DNA of 64,000 nucleotides from Chrysomallon squamiferum. Its lineage: Eukaryota; Animalia; Mollusca. The position numbers and the translations under genes are program-made. The stretch spans positions 34,720,001 to 34,784,000 of the forward strand of contig CM022672.1 in the NCBI GenBank assembly GCA_012295275.1, given 5' to 3'. This document shows positions 1 to 58,000 of the stretch, piece by piece. The notes under the pieces were generated by a model that was not told the DNA's origin, ran no database searches, and saw nothing but the letters and a program-made list of their open reading frames with translations. Within the stretch, counting starts at the first letter, position 1. The number at the start of each line of letters is the position of its first letter.

Positions 1-235
1 GCTTTAGGTCAGGCAATCTTTACAGATAAAATCATATCGAATTATGTATCTCTATAAATATTAGAGAGAATGTACACGCAAAGTTTTCTGTGTACTGTGA
101 CCTAATTTTACTGCGAGCAAAACCTGTTTACCTGATTGTGTTTTTGTCTTTTCTCGCTGGTGAGTTGTTAAAACGAGTCACGTGTCAGCTCGCAGTTTTA
201 CTTCCTGGTTTGTTTGTCTACGAAACATTTTCACT

Positions 236-22625
<22,390 letters not shown>

Positions 22626-22854
22626 TATTTTTCAGTAAAGAGAAAACTGATTTTAGAACATTCGGAATTGTTTTAAACTTTTTATGGAGTGATTAAATTA
22701 GTGCCATTTAATTATTTCTCTGTAGTATAATATATTTTGATAATTGTACAGTATAACTGAATATATAATATAACATTATATTTTAAATATTTAGTTTAGT
22801 AAATACTTACTTTGCTATTTAAGGAGTATATAATTATATCCTAAGCAGCTATGT

Positions 22855-22903
<49 letters not shown>

Positions 22904-23014
22904 AATAATAATGTGTTACTGATTGTTACAAAAACGCCAACAACTTCTAGTTTGATGTAATGATAAGCTCTGTGATATTTAGATATTGTTCTTTTCAATA
23001 TTCTTCTTCTTCTT

Positions 23015-23079
<65 letters not shown>

Positions 23080-24134
23080 GCCATAATAACTAGTTTATTG
23101 CTAGATTATTTCTGTTTTGCCTCAGAAGCTTTGTTTTTTCTTATTGACAAAAACTATATATTATTTTTATTGATTGATCTGCGATTATTTTATAGTTTCA
23201 TAATTAATGGGTTGATTATATTCTTTAAATATTGGCTTTTGTCTTAATTATTTCCTTAGTTGCTATTAATATATTTTTTCTTAATTAAAGTGAACTTTGT
23301 ATTTTATAAACAAATATGTACATCTTGCAACATATCCAGATTAGAAGATATGTTATCAATATTTTTATACATTGGTGTGTGTTATTGTGTGTAATATAGC
23401 TAATACTGCATGTGATTCATCTGAGAATGGTGACGGGGATAATAAAGAAATCACAAAAAGTAAGTTTTAAAAGCCAGGCTGTGTATCTTGTTATTAATTC
23501 AATTAACGCCATCCCATCAGCACTGGAATAAGTTTATTGTTTCTTTTTTTCTTATTTCTATTTTTTTTTCGTATACAGTTATTATAAAAGAAAATATTTT
23601 AATGTAAATACTAATTAGTACTATGTGTGGTTAATTAAAAAAAAAAAATAAAAAAAAAATAAAAAACACACATAGATGCACAAAAAAAAAAACAAAAAAA
23701 AAAAAACACCAGAATACCCAACTAACTACAAATTCATATATCCCATTTCAGAAAAAAAATGTCATGGAATAATTCATGTGGAAGTGATATTAGACACGAA
23801 TAACATAAATTATCTTTCTGATGTGCTAAAGTTATATATGATGAAAAATTCCGCGGGTTCTTGTTTTGACACCCAATATAAGCCGGTGTTTTGACACACG
23901 CGTACAAGTTTGAATTTGTCGCAGTTTTAGTCTTACACGCTTAAACACGTGATGACAACCTTTCGAAAATTCGGCCTTTATCTTTTAAGGTTGACGGTAC
24001 CTAAATTATAAATGTATAAATGAAAAAGTATTTTCTAAATGAACAACAAAATAAAATAATTATATTTTTTTGCATGTGTTCAATAAGTTGACATCAATAT
24101 TTACAGTACAGAACAATCTGAACATTATAAAGAA

Positions 24135-24247
<113 letters not shown>

Positions 24248-24289
24248 TAAATAAATAAAATGTTAGGCTCAGGGTGATAGCCACGTTTC

Positions 24290-25470
24290 TCTTGAATATA
24301 TAAAAAATGAGAAGTACACAATAACATTAGAAACAACGCAGTTACGACCAACAACATCAAGTAGAACACCGAAACAACGGCAACGACATTAAAACAAATA
24401 AGAATATTTACAGAATAATTCCTAAGCATTCTGTTTTTACGTTTGATATTTGCTTCATAAGGAAAAAAACTGAAATAAGAATAATGTATACTGAAATAGC
24501 ATGTGCACACTAAGGAAGTAGGAATAATGGTTAATTAAAAGAGCTAAACATAACGAGAAGTACACAGTAACACTAGGAACAACTCCGTTACGACTGCAAC
24601 GACTGCGAGAATTAAAAGAAATGCTAATAATATATTTTAATATAGGATGCGAAAACTGTCAGAAAGTTAGAAAAAATAGTTATTAGAAAAAAAAAAAAAA
24701 AAGAAAAAAGAAGTACACCAATAACGTTAAGAACATCACCATAACAACGACAACGATGGCGACTTTAACACAAATAATAATAATATAGTTTAATATAGGG
24801 TGTGCACACTAAGAAATAATAATAATATATTTTAATAAATGATGGACAGACTAGGACAGTCAGAAGAAAAAGCAATAAAGAGTAATGAGAGGTACACAAA
24901 TAACCTTAGGAACAACGCTGGCACGACGGCAACGACTGCGACACTAAAAAAACATAGATACGTACATACAGACATACATATACAGTGAGATAGGCAGGTA
25001 TATAGCTAGGCAGGTAGGTAGTTACTTATTCAGGTATTAATATATATAGTAACACAATGCTTAAATACAGGATGTGCACACTGAAAGTGAGACTAACAAT
25101 TAATAGAAATGATAACAGAATAAGCAGAAGTATACCAATAACATCGAGCAGAAGCAGAAATAACGGGAACGACGGCACAGTAAGAAAGTAAGATTAATTT
25201 ACTTTGAAATAGGATGTGCAAACTAAGAAAATAAGAGCAGTAGTTACTAGAAAGCGCAAAACAATAATGAGAAGTACAGGAATGTTATTTATGTATTCAT
25301 TGTGAATATTTAGTAATACAATCTCGTTAGAACAGAAAACAGAAACAAATATTTAGCAACAAATCTCTTTAGTAATGTAACGTTTATGTATAACAATAAT
25401 GAGAAGTACAGGAATGACGTTACGAACAACCTGTATGACGGGAACCACTTCGATACTAATACAAGCAAAC
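24290..25470. repeat. Old diverged tandem repeat family (about 100-130 bp) with AATGAGAAGTACAC and ATAGGATGTGCACACTAAG motifs
   Basis: Motifs recur several times; equivalent region at about 52310-53500. Confidence 0.7.
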
Positions 25471-25790
25471 CAAGATAGAGACGTACCTGCACACAAACAG
25501 AGATACACACACAGAAGAAGAAGAAGAAGAAGAAGAAGAAGAAGAAGAACAGCGACTACAACAACAGCAACAACAACAACAGCAAAACAAAATTACATAA
25601 ATCATGAACGGTGTGCAGCAATCACGCCTTTACACTTATGTATGATTCTGTGTAGTTTAGAATTTTCAATATTCTCTGTGAACGTCTGATTAGACTCAGC
25701 ACACAGACACTATTCCATCCATCCATCCATGTCCGTCAGTCCATAAATCCAAGAAAGCGTCCTTCCATCCACTCATCATCCATCCGTCGT

Positions 25791-28680
25791 CTAGCTACCT
25801 GCCTACCTAGCTACCTGTCTACCTAGTTACCTGTCTACCTAGTTACCTGTCTACCTAGTTACCTGTCTACCTAGTTACCTGTCTACCTAGTTACCTGTCT
25901 ACCTAGTTACCTGTCTACCTAGTTACCTGTCTACCTAGTTACCTGTCTACCTAGTTACCTGTCTGCCTAGTTACCTGTCTACCTAGTTACCTGTCTACCT
26001 AGTTACCTGTCTACCTAGTTACCTGTCTACCTAGTTAATGTCTGCCTAGTTACCTGTCTACCTAGTTACATGTCTGCCTAGTTACCTGTCTGTAGTTACC
26101 TGTCTACCTAGTTACCTGTCTACCTACCTGTTACCTAGCCTACCTGTTACCTGTCTACCTAGTTACCTGTCTACCTAGTTACCTGTCTACCTAGTTACCT
26201 GCCTAACTACCGTCCTAGCCTAGTAGCTACCTGTCTACCTACCTTACCTGTCTACCTAGTTACCTGTCTACCCTGTCTTCCTAGCTACCTGCCTACCTAG
26301 CCACCTGTCTACCTAGCTACCTGTCTACCTAGCTACCTGTCTACCTACCTAGCCTGTCTAGCCACCTGTCCTACCCTGCCCTACCTAGTACCTGTCTCAC
26401 CTGCCTACCTGTCTACCTAGCTACCTGTCTACCTAGCACCACCTGCCACCTGCCTACCTACCTCTACCTAGCTACCTGTCTACCTAGCTACCTGTCTACC
26501 TACCTAGCCTGTCTTCCTAGCTACCTGTCTACCTAGCCCTGCCTACCTACCTGCCTACCTAGCTACCTGCCTACCTGTACCTGCCTGCCTACCTAGCTAC
26601 CTGCTACCCTGCCTACTACCTACCTGCCTACCTGCCTACCTACCTGCCTACCCTACCTGCCTACCTAGCTACCTGCCTACCTGCCTAGCTACCTGCCTAC
26701 CTACCCTGCCTACCTAGCCTACCTACCTGCCTACCTAGCCTACCTGTCTATCTGCCTACCCACCTACCTAGCTACCTGCCATCCTACCTGCCTACCTAGC
26801 TACCTGCCTACCTAGCTACCCTGCCTACCTAGCTACCTGCCTACCTCCTAGCTACCTGCCTCCCTGCTAAAACCCACCTACCTGCCTACCTGCCTACCTA
26901 GCTACCTGCCTATTCTAGTTACCTCCTCCCTGCTAGCTACCTGCCTCCTCCCCTGCCTCCTTTGCTATCTACCTGCCTACCTGTCTACTGCCCCTGCCCA
27001 CCTAGCCTACCTGCCTTCCTAGCTACCTGTACCTACCTAGCTACCTGCCTTCCACCTAGCTACCTACCTACCTAGTTACCTTGCCTACCTAGCTACCTGC
27101 CCTACCCCTACCTTGCTACCTGCCTACCTAGCTACCTACCTAGCTACCTGCCTACCTGCCTCCTAGCTACCTGCCTTTACTACCTGCCTACCTATCTACC
27201 TGCCTATCCCCTACCTACCTAGCTACCTGCCTACCTAGCCTACCTACCTCTTCTGCCTTCCTGGCTACCTAGCTACCCTGCCTACCTAGCTACCTGCCAC
27301 CTACCTAGCTACCTGCCATCCTACCTGCCTACCTACCTACCTGCCTCCTACCTGCCTAGCCTACCTGCCTACCTACCTGCCCTGCCTGCCTACCTGCCTA
27401 CCTAGCCTATACCCACCACCTGCCTTCCTACCTGCCTACCTATCTACTTCCTTCCTACCTGCCTTAGCTACCTGCCTACCTGCCTACCCTCTTCCTGGCT
27501 AGCAAACCTACCCTACCTTCCCTGCCTATCCCTATCTTCCTGGCTAGCAAAACCTACCTTCCTACCTGCCTACCTGCCTACCTAGCCTACTGCCTGCCTA
27601 CCTAGCTACCTGCCTACCTTCCCTAGCTGCCTACCTGCCTACCTAGTTACCTACCTTGCCCTGCCTTTGCTACCTGCCTACCTATCTATCTGCCTTCTCT
27701 CCCTGGCTAGCTAGAAACCCACCTTGCTACCTGCCTACCTACCTACCTGCCTACGCCTACCTAGCTACCTTCCTTCCTACCTGCCTACCTCTACCTGCCT
27801 ACCTCCCTACCTACCTACCCTGCTACCTGCTACCTGCTGCCTACCCATTATCTGCCTTTCCTGGCTAGCTACAAACCTACCTGCCCTGCCTTCCTTACCT
27901 ACCCCTCCTACCTTACCTATCTTCCTGCCTACCTACCCTACCTGCCTTCCTTGCCTACCTGCCTTACCTGCCTACCTGCCTTCCTTGCTACCTGCCTTCC
28001 TACCTGCCTACCTATCTATCTGCCTATCTTCCTGGCTGGCTAAAACCCACCTTTTGCTACCTGCCTACCTAGCTACCTTTTGCCTACCTAGCCTACCTAG
28101 TTACCTGCCTATCCTACCTGCCTACCTACCTACCTTACCTGCCTACCTCCTGGCTAGCTACCTAGCTACCTGCCTACCTAGCTACCTCTACCTGCCTACC
28201 TGCTAGCTACCTGCCTATCTTCCTGGCTGCTACAAAACCTACCTGCCTACCTGCCTACCTACCTACCTGCCTTCCTACCTGCCTACCTATCTATCTGCCT
28301 ATCCTCCTGGCTAGCCTACCTTGCTACCTGCCTACCTGCCTACCTACCTACCTGCCTACTTTATCTACCTGCCTATCTTCCTGGCTAAAACCTACCCTAC
28401 CTGCCTGCCTATCCTTCCCATCTACCTGCCTATCTTCCTATACAAAAATCTACCTGCCTACTAGCCTACCTGCCTACCTGCCTATCTTCCTGGCCTTCCT
28501 CTACCTGCCTATCTACCCTGCCTATCTTCCTGGCTAGCTACAAACCTACTACCTGCCTACCTGCCCTACTACCTGCCTATCTTCCTGGCTAGCTACAAAC
28601 CTACCTGCCTACCTGCCTTCCTTGCTACCTGCCTTCCTACCTGCCTACCTATCTATCTGCCTATCTACCTGCCTAGCTAC
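25791..28680. repeat. CTAC/CTGC-based satellite (16-bp unit CTACCTAGTTACCTGT, degenerating distally)
   Basis: Regular 16-mers at 25800-26100, then irregular CTACCTGC and CTTCCTGGCTAG variants. Confidence 0.95.
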
Positions 28681-29757
28681 AAGCCGTGTTATGATTTTAT
28701 AAATATAGAAATATTTTATTTTAATTTAGAAATTTGTTTTGTTATTTATTTGATTTATTTATTATTTCCAGATGCTCATGGGAAAAATGCAAATACACTG
28801 CTAGTGAAACAATTTAAAGAGTGGGAATGTCAGAATGAGGTCAGGGCAAAATGCTGTGATCTATGTTTTGTGGTTTGCATGACAAAACTATGTTTGTTTT
28901 TATTAACTCGCTGCAGTTTTATAAACAGAAAGAGAAATGTATGACGTGCTCGACATTTTGCCCAGTTTTGTTTTACTGGTTCTGTTTTCATCCGAGCACA
29001 TATTTCAAAAGGAAATAAACACAGAAAAATGTATTATTATTAGTATTATATTTTCAATTATTATTATCTTGTATTTGTTTCTGTTTATTTTTATACAAAG
29101 CTCTTTTTTTTTTTATTCTGTTTCTTGCAGATACACTGTAAGTAAGTGAGAGAATGTTACTGGAGGTAGAGATAGAAGATATTCACCTTGTCTGAAGATG
29201 TTAGTGAACATTTTTCTGTGTTTGAAATGGATATATGTGTTACTGTTGACATTATAATAGGAAGAGATTACACATCAGTCTACAAACTGCACCAGCTCGT
29301 TTCAAACATTTATTCATTAATGCTTGTCCTAGATGTAAATGACATTAAGTGCTGAACTCTTAGCTTGAAACTTTTGTCTCGTTATAGAAGAGTCAACTGA
29401 TCTGTTTTCACTACACTCGACCTAGTCCTCTGTTATGTTTGAAAAAAAGTTATGTTTGAAAAAGTTACATTAAATACATCTATGCGTGAAAAAAGTTACG
29501 GCGAAGTACATGTGATTCTGCTCTTTGTTTTATATAATGTGTCTTAACAATACTTTTATATTACATTAAATACATATGCTTATTATTATTATCTGTTTCA
29601 TCGTATGAACAGTGACGGCATAGCAATAGTTTGAGTCAATCGCTCAAACAATCCTCAAAGAAAAAAAGATTTCACATTATGTATCTCTAAAATAAGAGTT
29701 AAGTTTTTCTTTCATTAGTAGATGAAATCAGCAGCATACACACACACACAAATATAA

Positions 29758-29792
<35 letters not shown>

Positions 29793-30220
29793 TGTATGTA
29801 TGTATTCCTGTTGTACGTGTATGTACAAACACACACACACACACATATGTATATATGTATTTCTGTTGTACGTGTGTGTTTGTTATTGTATGTACATGTG
29901 TATACGTGTCTGTATGCTATGATATGGTTTATATTTGTATATAACAGTTGACAATACAGGGGTATTCTGATACCTGTCTGCTAAGAAAAAGCATATGAAA
30001 AGATTTCTGTGTTCTGTGAACAAATTTGAGTATGTGTAAATCCCTTTTCCTAGAACCAAATTTAACCTCAGTGTTTAATTTAATATTCGTCTGTATGAAC
30101 TTTGTACCAGAATATATTACATGGTGTGTTTATCTTTTCTCATTGGTGAGTCATGACATGAGCCTTGTCTAAACTCGCAGTTTTACTTCCTGATTTGTTT
30201 GTCTACGAAACATTTTCACT

Positions 30221-50976
<20,756 letters not shown>

Positions 50977-52639
50977 TATTTGTCAGTAAAGAGAAAACTG
51001 ATTTTAGAACATTCGGAATTGTTTGAAACTTTCTATGGAGTGATTAAAAAGTGCCACTTTATTATTTCTCTGTAATAAAATATCTTTTAATAATTGTACA
51101 GTATAACTGAATATGTAATATGACATTATATTTTAAATATTTAGTTTAGTAAATACTTACTTTGCTATTTAAGGAGTAAATAATTATATCCTAAGCAGCA
51201 ATGTTTAATACTACTACTACTACTACTACTACTACTAATAATAATAATAATAATAATAATGTTGAAATAATAATGTGTTACTGATTGTTACAAAAACGCC
51301 AACAACTTCTAGTTTGATGTAGTGATAAGCTCTGTGATATTTACATATTGTTCTTGTCAATATTCTTCTTCTTCTTCTTCTTCTTATTATTATTATTATT
51401 ATTATTAAGCCATAATAACTAGTTTATTGCTAGATTATTCCTGTTTTGCCTCAGAAACTTTGTTTTTCCTTAGTGACAAAAACTATATATTATTTGTATG
51501 TATTGATCTGCGATTATTTTATAGTTTCATAATTAATATGTCAATTATATTCTTTAAATATTGGCTTTTTGGCTTAATTATTTCCTTAATTGCTATTAAT
51601 ATATTTTGTCTTAATTAAAGTGAACTTTGTATTTTATAAACAAATATGTACATCTTGCAACATATCCAGATTAGAAGATATTTTATCAATATTTTTATAC
51701 ATTGGTGTGTGTTATTGTGTGTAATATAACTAATACTGCATGTGATTCATCTGAGAATGGTGACGGGGATAATAAAGAAATCACAAAAAGTAAGTTTTAA
51801 AAGCCAGGCTGTGTATCTTGTTATTAATTCAAATAACGCCATCTCATATCCATTGGAATAAATTTATTGTTTCTTTCTTTTCTCATTTCTTTATTTTTCT
51901 TACACAATTATTTGAAATATACTTTTTTAAAAATAATATATTGCATGTGGTTAAAGAAAATATTTTAATGTAAATACTAATTACTACTATTTTTGTAGTA
52001 ATTAAAAAAAGATAAAAAATATAAAACTACAATAAATTCATATGTCCCATTTCCGAAAACAAAATGACATAGAATAAATCATATGTAAAATGATACATAT
52101 ATCCCACGAACAACATAAAGTATTTTTCTGATTTGGTAAAGTTATATATGATGAAAAATTCCGCGGGTTCTTGTTTTCACACCCGATATAAGCCGGTGTT
52201 TTGACACACACGTACAAGTTTGAATTTGTCTGCGTTTAAGGCTTACACGCTTAAACACGTGATGATAACCTTTCGAAAAGGTTGAGGGTACATAAATTAT
52301 GAATTTACGACAAACAACATCAAGTAGAACACCGAAACAACGGCAACGACATCAATACAAATAAGAATATTTACAGAATAATTCATCATGCATTCTGTTT
52401 TGTCGTTTGATATTTTTTTCATAACGAAAAAGACTGAAATAAGAATAATGTATACTGAAATAGCATGTGCACACTATGCGAGAATTAAAGAAATGTTAAT
52501 AATATATTTTAATATAGGATGCGTACTGTCAGAAAATAAGAAAAAAATAGTAATTAAAACGCAAAAAAATAATGAGAAATACACCAATAACGTTAAGGTC
52601 ATCACCGTTACAACGACAATGATGGCGACGTTAATACAA

Positions 52640-52995
52640 ATAAGAATAATATATTTTAATATAGGATGTGCAGACTAAGAAATAATAATAATATATTTTA
52701 ATATAGGATGTGCACACTAAGAAATAATAATGATATATATTAATACAGGGTGTGCACACTAAGAACTAATAATAATATATTTTAATATAGGGTGTGCACA
52801 CTAAAAAATAATAATAATATATTTTAATATAGGTGTGCACACTAAGAAATAATAATAATATACATTAATATAGGGTTGGCACACTAAGAACTAATAATAA
52901 TATATTTTAATATAGGGTTGGCACACTAAAACTACTAATAATATATTTTAAATATAGAGTGTGCACACTAAGAAATAATAATAATATATTTTAAT
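52640..52995. repeat. About 41-bp minisatellite, about 9 units (AATAATAATATATTTTAATATAGGGTGTGCACACTAAGAA)
   Basis: Direct tandem repeats; only about 1.5 units in spacer 1 (24775-24840). Confidence 0.9.
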
Positions 52996-53833
52996 AAAGG
53001 ATGAACAGATTAGGACAGTGAGAAGAAAAAGCGATAAAGAGTAATGAGAGGTACACAAATAACCTTAGGAACAACGCTGCCACGACGGCAACGACTGCAA
53101 CACTAATTGAAACATACAAAGATACATACATACAGACATACATATACAGTGAGATATGTATGTATGTAGGTAAGTAGTTACTTACTCAGGCGTTAGTAGA
53201 TACAGTAACAAAATGTTTTAATACAGGATGTGCACACTGAAAGCGAATCTAACAATTAATAGAAATGTTAACAGAATAAGCAGAAGTATACCAATAACAT
53301 CGAGTACAAGCTGAAATAACGACAACGACGGCACAGTAAGAAAGTAAGATTAATATACTTGGAAATAGGATGTGCACTCTAAGAAAGTAAGAACAATAGT
53401 TAATAAAAAGCACAAAACAATAATGAGAAGTACAGGAATGACATTACGAACAACCGGTATGACGGCAATAGCTACGACACTAATAAAAGCATACCAAGAT
53501 ACAGACATACCAACATAGAAACAGACATACCAACATAGAAACAGACACAGACAGAGAAGAAGAAGACGAAGAAGAAGAAGAAGAAGAAGAAGAAGAAAAA
53601 GAACAGCGACTACAACAATAGCAAAACTAAATTAGGTAAATCATGAACGGTGTGCAGCAATCACGCCGTTACACCTATGTGTGATTCTGTGTAGTTTAGA
53701 ATTTTCAATATTCTCTGTGAACGTCTGATTAGACTCAGCACACAGACACTATTCCATCCATCCATCCATCCATGTCCGTCAGTCCATAAATCCAAGAAAG
53801 CGTCCTTCCGTCCACTCATCATCCATCCTTCTT

Positions 53834-55523
53834 CTAGCTACCTGCCTGCCTAGTTACCTGTCTACCTAGTTACTTGTCTACCTAGTTACCTGTCTACCTA
53901 GTTACCTGTCTACCTAGTTACCTGTCTACCTAGTTACCTGTCTACCTAGTTACCTGTCTACCTAGTTACCTGTCTACCTAGTTACCTAGTTACCTGTCTA
54001 CCTAGTTACCTGTCTACCTAGTTAGTTACCTGTCTACCTAGTTACCTGTCTACCTAGTTACCTGTCTGCCTAGTTACCTGTCTACCTAGTTACCTGTCTA
54101 CCTAGTTACCTGCCTACCTAGTTACCTGCCTACCTAGTTACCTGTCTACCTAGTTACCTGTCTACCTAGTTACCTGCCTACCTAGCTACCTGTCTGCCTA
54201 GTTACCTGTCTACCTAGTTACCTGCCTACCTAGTTACCTGCCTACCTAGTTACCTGTCTACCTAGTTACCTGTCTACCTAGTTACCTGTCTGCCTAGTTA
54301 CCTGTCTACCTAATTACCCGTGTACCTAGTTACCTGTCTGCCTAGTTACCTGACTACCTAGTTACCTGTCTACCTAGTTACCTGTCTACCTAGTTACCTG
54401 CCTACCTAGTTACCTGCCTACCTAGTTACCTGTCTACCTAGTTACCTGTCTACCTAGTTACCTGTCTACCTAATTACCTGTGTACCTAGTTACCTGTTTA
54501 CCTAGTTACCTGTCTACCTAGTTACCTGTTTACCTAGTTACCTGTGTACCTAGTTACCTGTTTACCTAGTTACCTGTCTACCTAGTTACCTGTTTACCTA
54601 GTTACCTGTGTACCTAGTTACCTGTTTACCTAGCTACCTGCCTACCTAATTACCTGTGTACCTAGTTATCCGTTTACCTAGTTACCTGTCTGCCTAGTTA
54701 CCTGTCTACCTAATTACCGGTGTACCTAGTTACCTGTCTGCCTAGTTACCTGTCTACCTAGTTACCTGTCTACCTAGTTACCTGTCTACCTAGTTACCTG
54801 TCTACCTAGTTACCTGTGTACCTAGTTACCTGTTTACCTAGTTACCTGTTTACCTAGTTACCTGTCTACCTAGTTACCTGTCTACCTAGTTACCTGTCTA
54901 CCTAGTTACCTGTCTACCTGTCTACCTAGTTACCTGTCTACCTAGTTACCTGCCTACCTAATTACCTGTGTACCTAGTTACCTGTTTACCTAGTTACCTG
55001 TCTACCTAGTTACCTGTCTACCTAATTACCTGTGTACCTAGTTACCTGTCTACCTAGTTACCTGTTTACCTAGTTACCTGTCTACCTAGTTACCTGTTTA
55101 CCTAGTTACCTGTGTACCTAGTTACCTGTTTACCTAGTTACCTGCCTACCTAATTACCTGTGTACCTAGTTACCTGTTTACCTAGTTACCTGTCTGCCTA
55201 GTTACCTGTCTACCTAGTTACCTGTTTACCTAGTTACCTGTCAACCTAGTTACCTGTCAACCTAGTTACCTGTCTACCTAGTTACCTGTTTACCTAGTTA
55301 CCTGTCTACCTAGTTACCTGTTTACCTAGTTACCTGTGTACCTAGTTACCTGTTTACCTAGTTACCTGCCTACCTACCTACCTAGTTACCTGTTTACCTA
55401 GTTACCTGTCTGCCTAGTTACCTGTCTACCTAGTTACCTGTTTACCTAGTTACCTGTCAACCTAGTTACCTGTCAACCTAGTTACCTGTCTACCTAGTTA
55501 CCTGTTTACCTAGTTACCTGTCT
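53834..55523. repeat. Homogeneous 16-bp satellite (CTACCTAGTTACCTGT), about 100 units
   Basis: Regular 16-mer with variants TGTT, TGTG and TGCC; positional equivalent of 25791-28680. Confidence 0.95.
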
Positions 55524-56077
55524 ACAAATCTGCATATATACATGCCTACCTAACTAGCAATCTACTGGCCTAGCTACCTACCTGCCGATTTCTCTATATA
55601 TGTATATGTGTGTGTGTGTGACACTAATAGTTTTTAGCACTTTTATGGTAATAGAAATATAGACATATTTTTACTGTAATTTAAATATTTTATTTTAATT
55701 TATATATTTTTTGTTGTTATTTATTTGATTTATTTATTATTTCCAGATGCTCATGGGAAAAGTGCAAATACACTGCTAGTGAAACATTTTAAAGAGTGGG
55801 AATGTCAGAATGAGGTCAGGGCAAAATGCTGTGATCTATGTTTTCTGGTTTGCATGACAAAACTATGTTTGTTTTTTATTAACTCGCTGCAGTTTTATAA
55901 ACAGAAAGAGAAATGTATGACGTGCTCGACATTTTGCCCAGTGTTATTTTACTGGCGATGTTTTCATTCGAGCACATTTTTTCAAAAGGAAATAAACACA
56001 GAAAAAAGTGCATAAAAAAACAAACGATCTTTCTGGTTTATATCTGGTTACTTATTTATTATCTATTGTTGTTGTTG

Positions 56078-56150
<73 letters not shown>

Positions 56151-56679
56151 CTTTTTAATTATTATTATCTTCTTTTTTTTTCTGTATTTTTATACAAACT
56201 TTTTTTTCTTCTGTTCATTCTGTTTATTATAGATACAGAGTAAGTGAGAGAATGTATCAGAAAATCTTTGTTACTGGAGGTAGATAATATTCACCTTGTC
56301 TGAATATGTTATTCAACTTTTTTCTGTGTTTGAAATGGATATATGTATTACTGCTGACTTTGTAATAGGAAGAGATTATACATCAGTCTACAAAGTCCAC
56401 GAGCTCGTTTCAAACATTTATTCATTAATGCTTGTCCTAGATGTGAATCACATTAAGTACTGAACTCTTAGCATGAAACTTTTGTCTCGTTATAGAAGAG
56501 TCAACTGATCTGTTTTCTCTACAAGATTATCTATAATTGTGCTGTTTGTTTCATTTACCTTAGTGTATTAATACTACCTTTATATTACATTAAATAGTAC
56601 AATTTTTATTGTTATGTCTGTTTTATCACATAACAGTGACGGCATAGACATAGTTTGAATCAATCGCTTTGCAATCATG

Positions 56680-57484
56680 TATGCACGCACAGACACACAG
56701 ACATATATCCACTTGTGTATACACACTTCCACTCATAACACAGTTACATACATATATACACACGCAAACACACACACACACATAAACACACATAAACACA
56801 CACACACACACATAAACACACATAAACACACACACACACACATAAACACACATAAACACACATAAACACACACACACATAAACACACATAAACACACACA
56901 CGCATAAAGAAATGCGTCTATTTTGTAGATTTGGAAATGGCAACCCTAACGTTGATACATGCATACATACATACATAAACGTTTATGCATATAGCATACG
57001 CAGACGCACGCAAACATACATAGATACATACATATATACATAAATAAATACATACATACATATACACATACATACATACACACTCATACATACATATAAT
57101 ACATACATACATACATACATACATACATACAACACACACACACTCACCTACATACATACATACATACATACAGACATATACACATAAATAAATACATACA
57201 AATATACATACATACAACACACACACACACACACATACATACATACATACACACATACATACATACATACATACATACATACATACATACATACATACAT
57301 ACATACATACATACACGACACACATACATACACATATAAACACATACATAGATACATACATACATACAAACATACATACACACACACATACACACACACA
57401 CACTCACATACATACATACATACATACATACATACATACATACATACATACATACATACATACATACACACATACATACATACA

Positions 57485-57516
<32 letters not shown>

Positions 57517-57837
57517 CATACATACATACATACATACATACATACATACATACATACATACATACATACATACATACATACAAACATACATCCATACATC
57601 CATCCATACATACATACATACATACATACATCTATACATACATATACATACATACATACATATACATACATACATACATACACACACATACATACATCCA
57701 TACATACATATATACATCTATACATACATACATACATACATACATATACATACATACATACACACACACACACATACACACATACATACACACACACATA
57801 CACATACATACATACATACATACATACATACATACAT
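56680..57837. repeat. (TACA)n/(CA)n compound microsatellite
   Basis: About 1.1 kb of TACA/CACA repeats; source of the spurious MYVC ORFs. Confidence 0.95.
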
Positions 57838-57844
57838 CCAGGTT

Positions 57845-58000
57845 GTCTTGATGGCCGAGCGGTAAAGTTGTCCGCCTTCGGAGTGTGGGCGGATGGGTGT
57901 CACACGTTCGAGTCTCGTCAGCGACATCTGACGTGTTTTGTGAGGTTTTCCTGCGCCAGTGCGTTCCCGAATATTATCTGTGTCAGTCTTTTCAGACGTA
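57845..58000 (+). mobile_element. tRNA-derived SINE-like element or tRNA pseudogene
   Basis: GC-rich island with Pol III A box TGGCCGAGCGG (57852-57862), B box GTTCGAGTC (57906-57914) and partial acceptor-stem complementarity GTC...GAC (57845/57925). No clean anticodon arm. 3' end uncertain. Confidence 0.6.

Larger units (their letters stand above)
51680..56247 (+). pseudogene. Second copy of the possible cryptic 3-exon peptide (pseudo)gene in spacer 2
   Basis: Blocks 51680-51789, 55747-55814 and 56233-56247 with conserved splice sites; the ATG equivalent is ATT. Confidence 0.3.

Noticed and set aside
25602-25700. Possible minus-strand terminal exon (TFTENIENSKLHRIIHKCKGVIAAHRS*) conserved in both spacers
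   Set aside because: Weak acceptor, no partner exon found, and the differences between copies are non-synonymous.
27656-28206. Leu/Pro/Tyr-rich ORFs (LPAYLPT repeats)
   Set aside because: Translations of the CTAC/CTGC satellite.
57845-57925. Functional tRNA gene
   Set aside because: A and B boxes are present but the acceptor stem is imperfect and I could not fold a canonical anticodon arm; treated as SINE-like or pseudo-tRNA.
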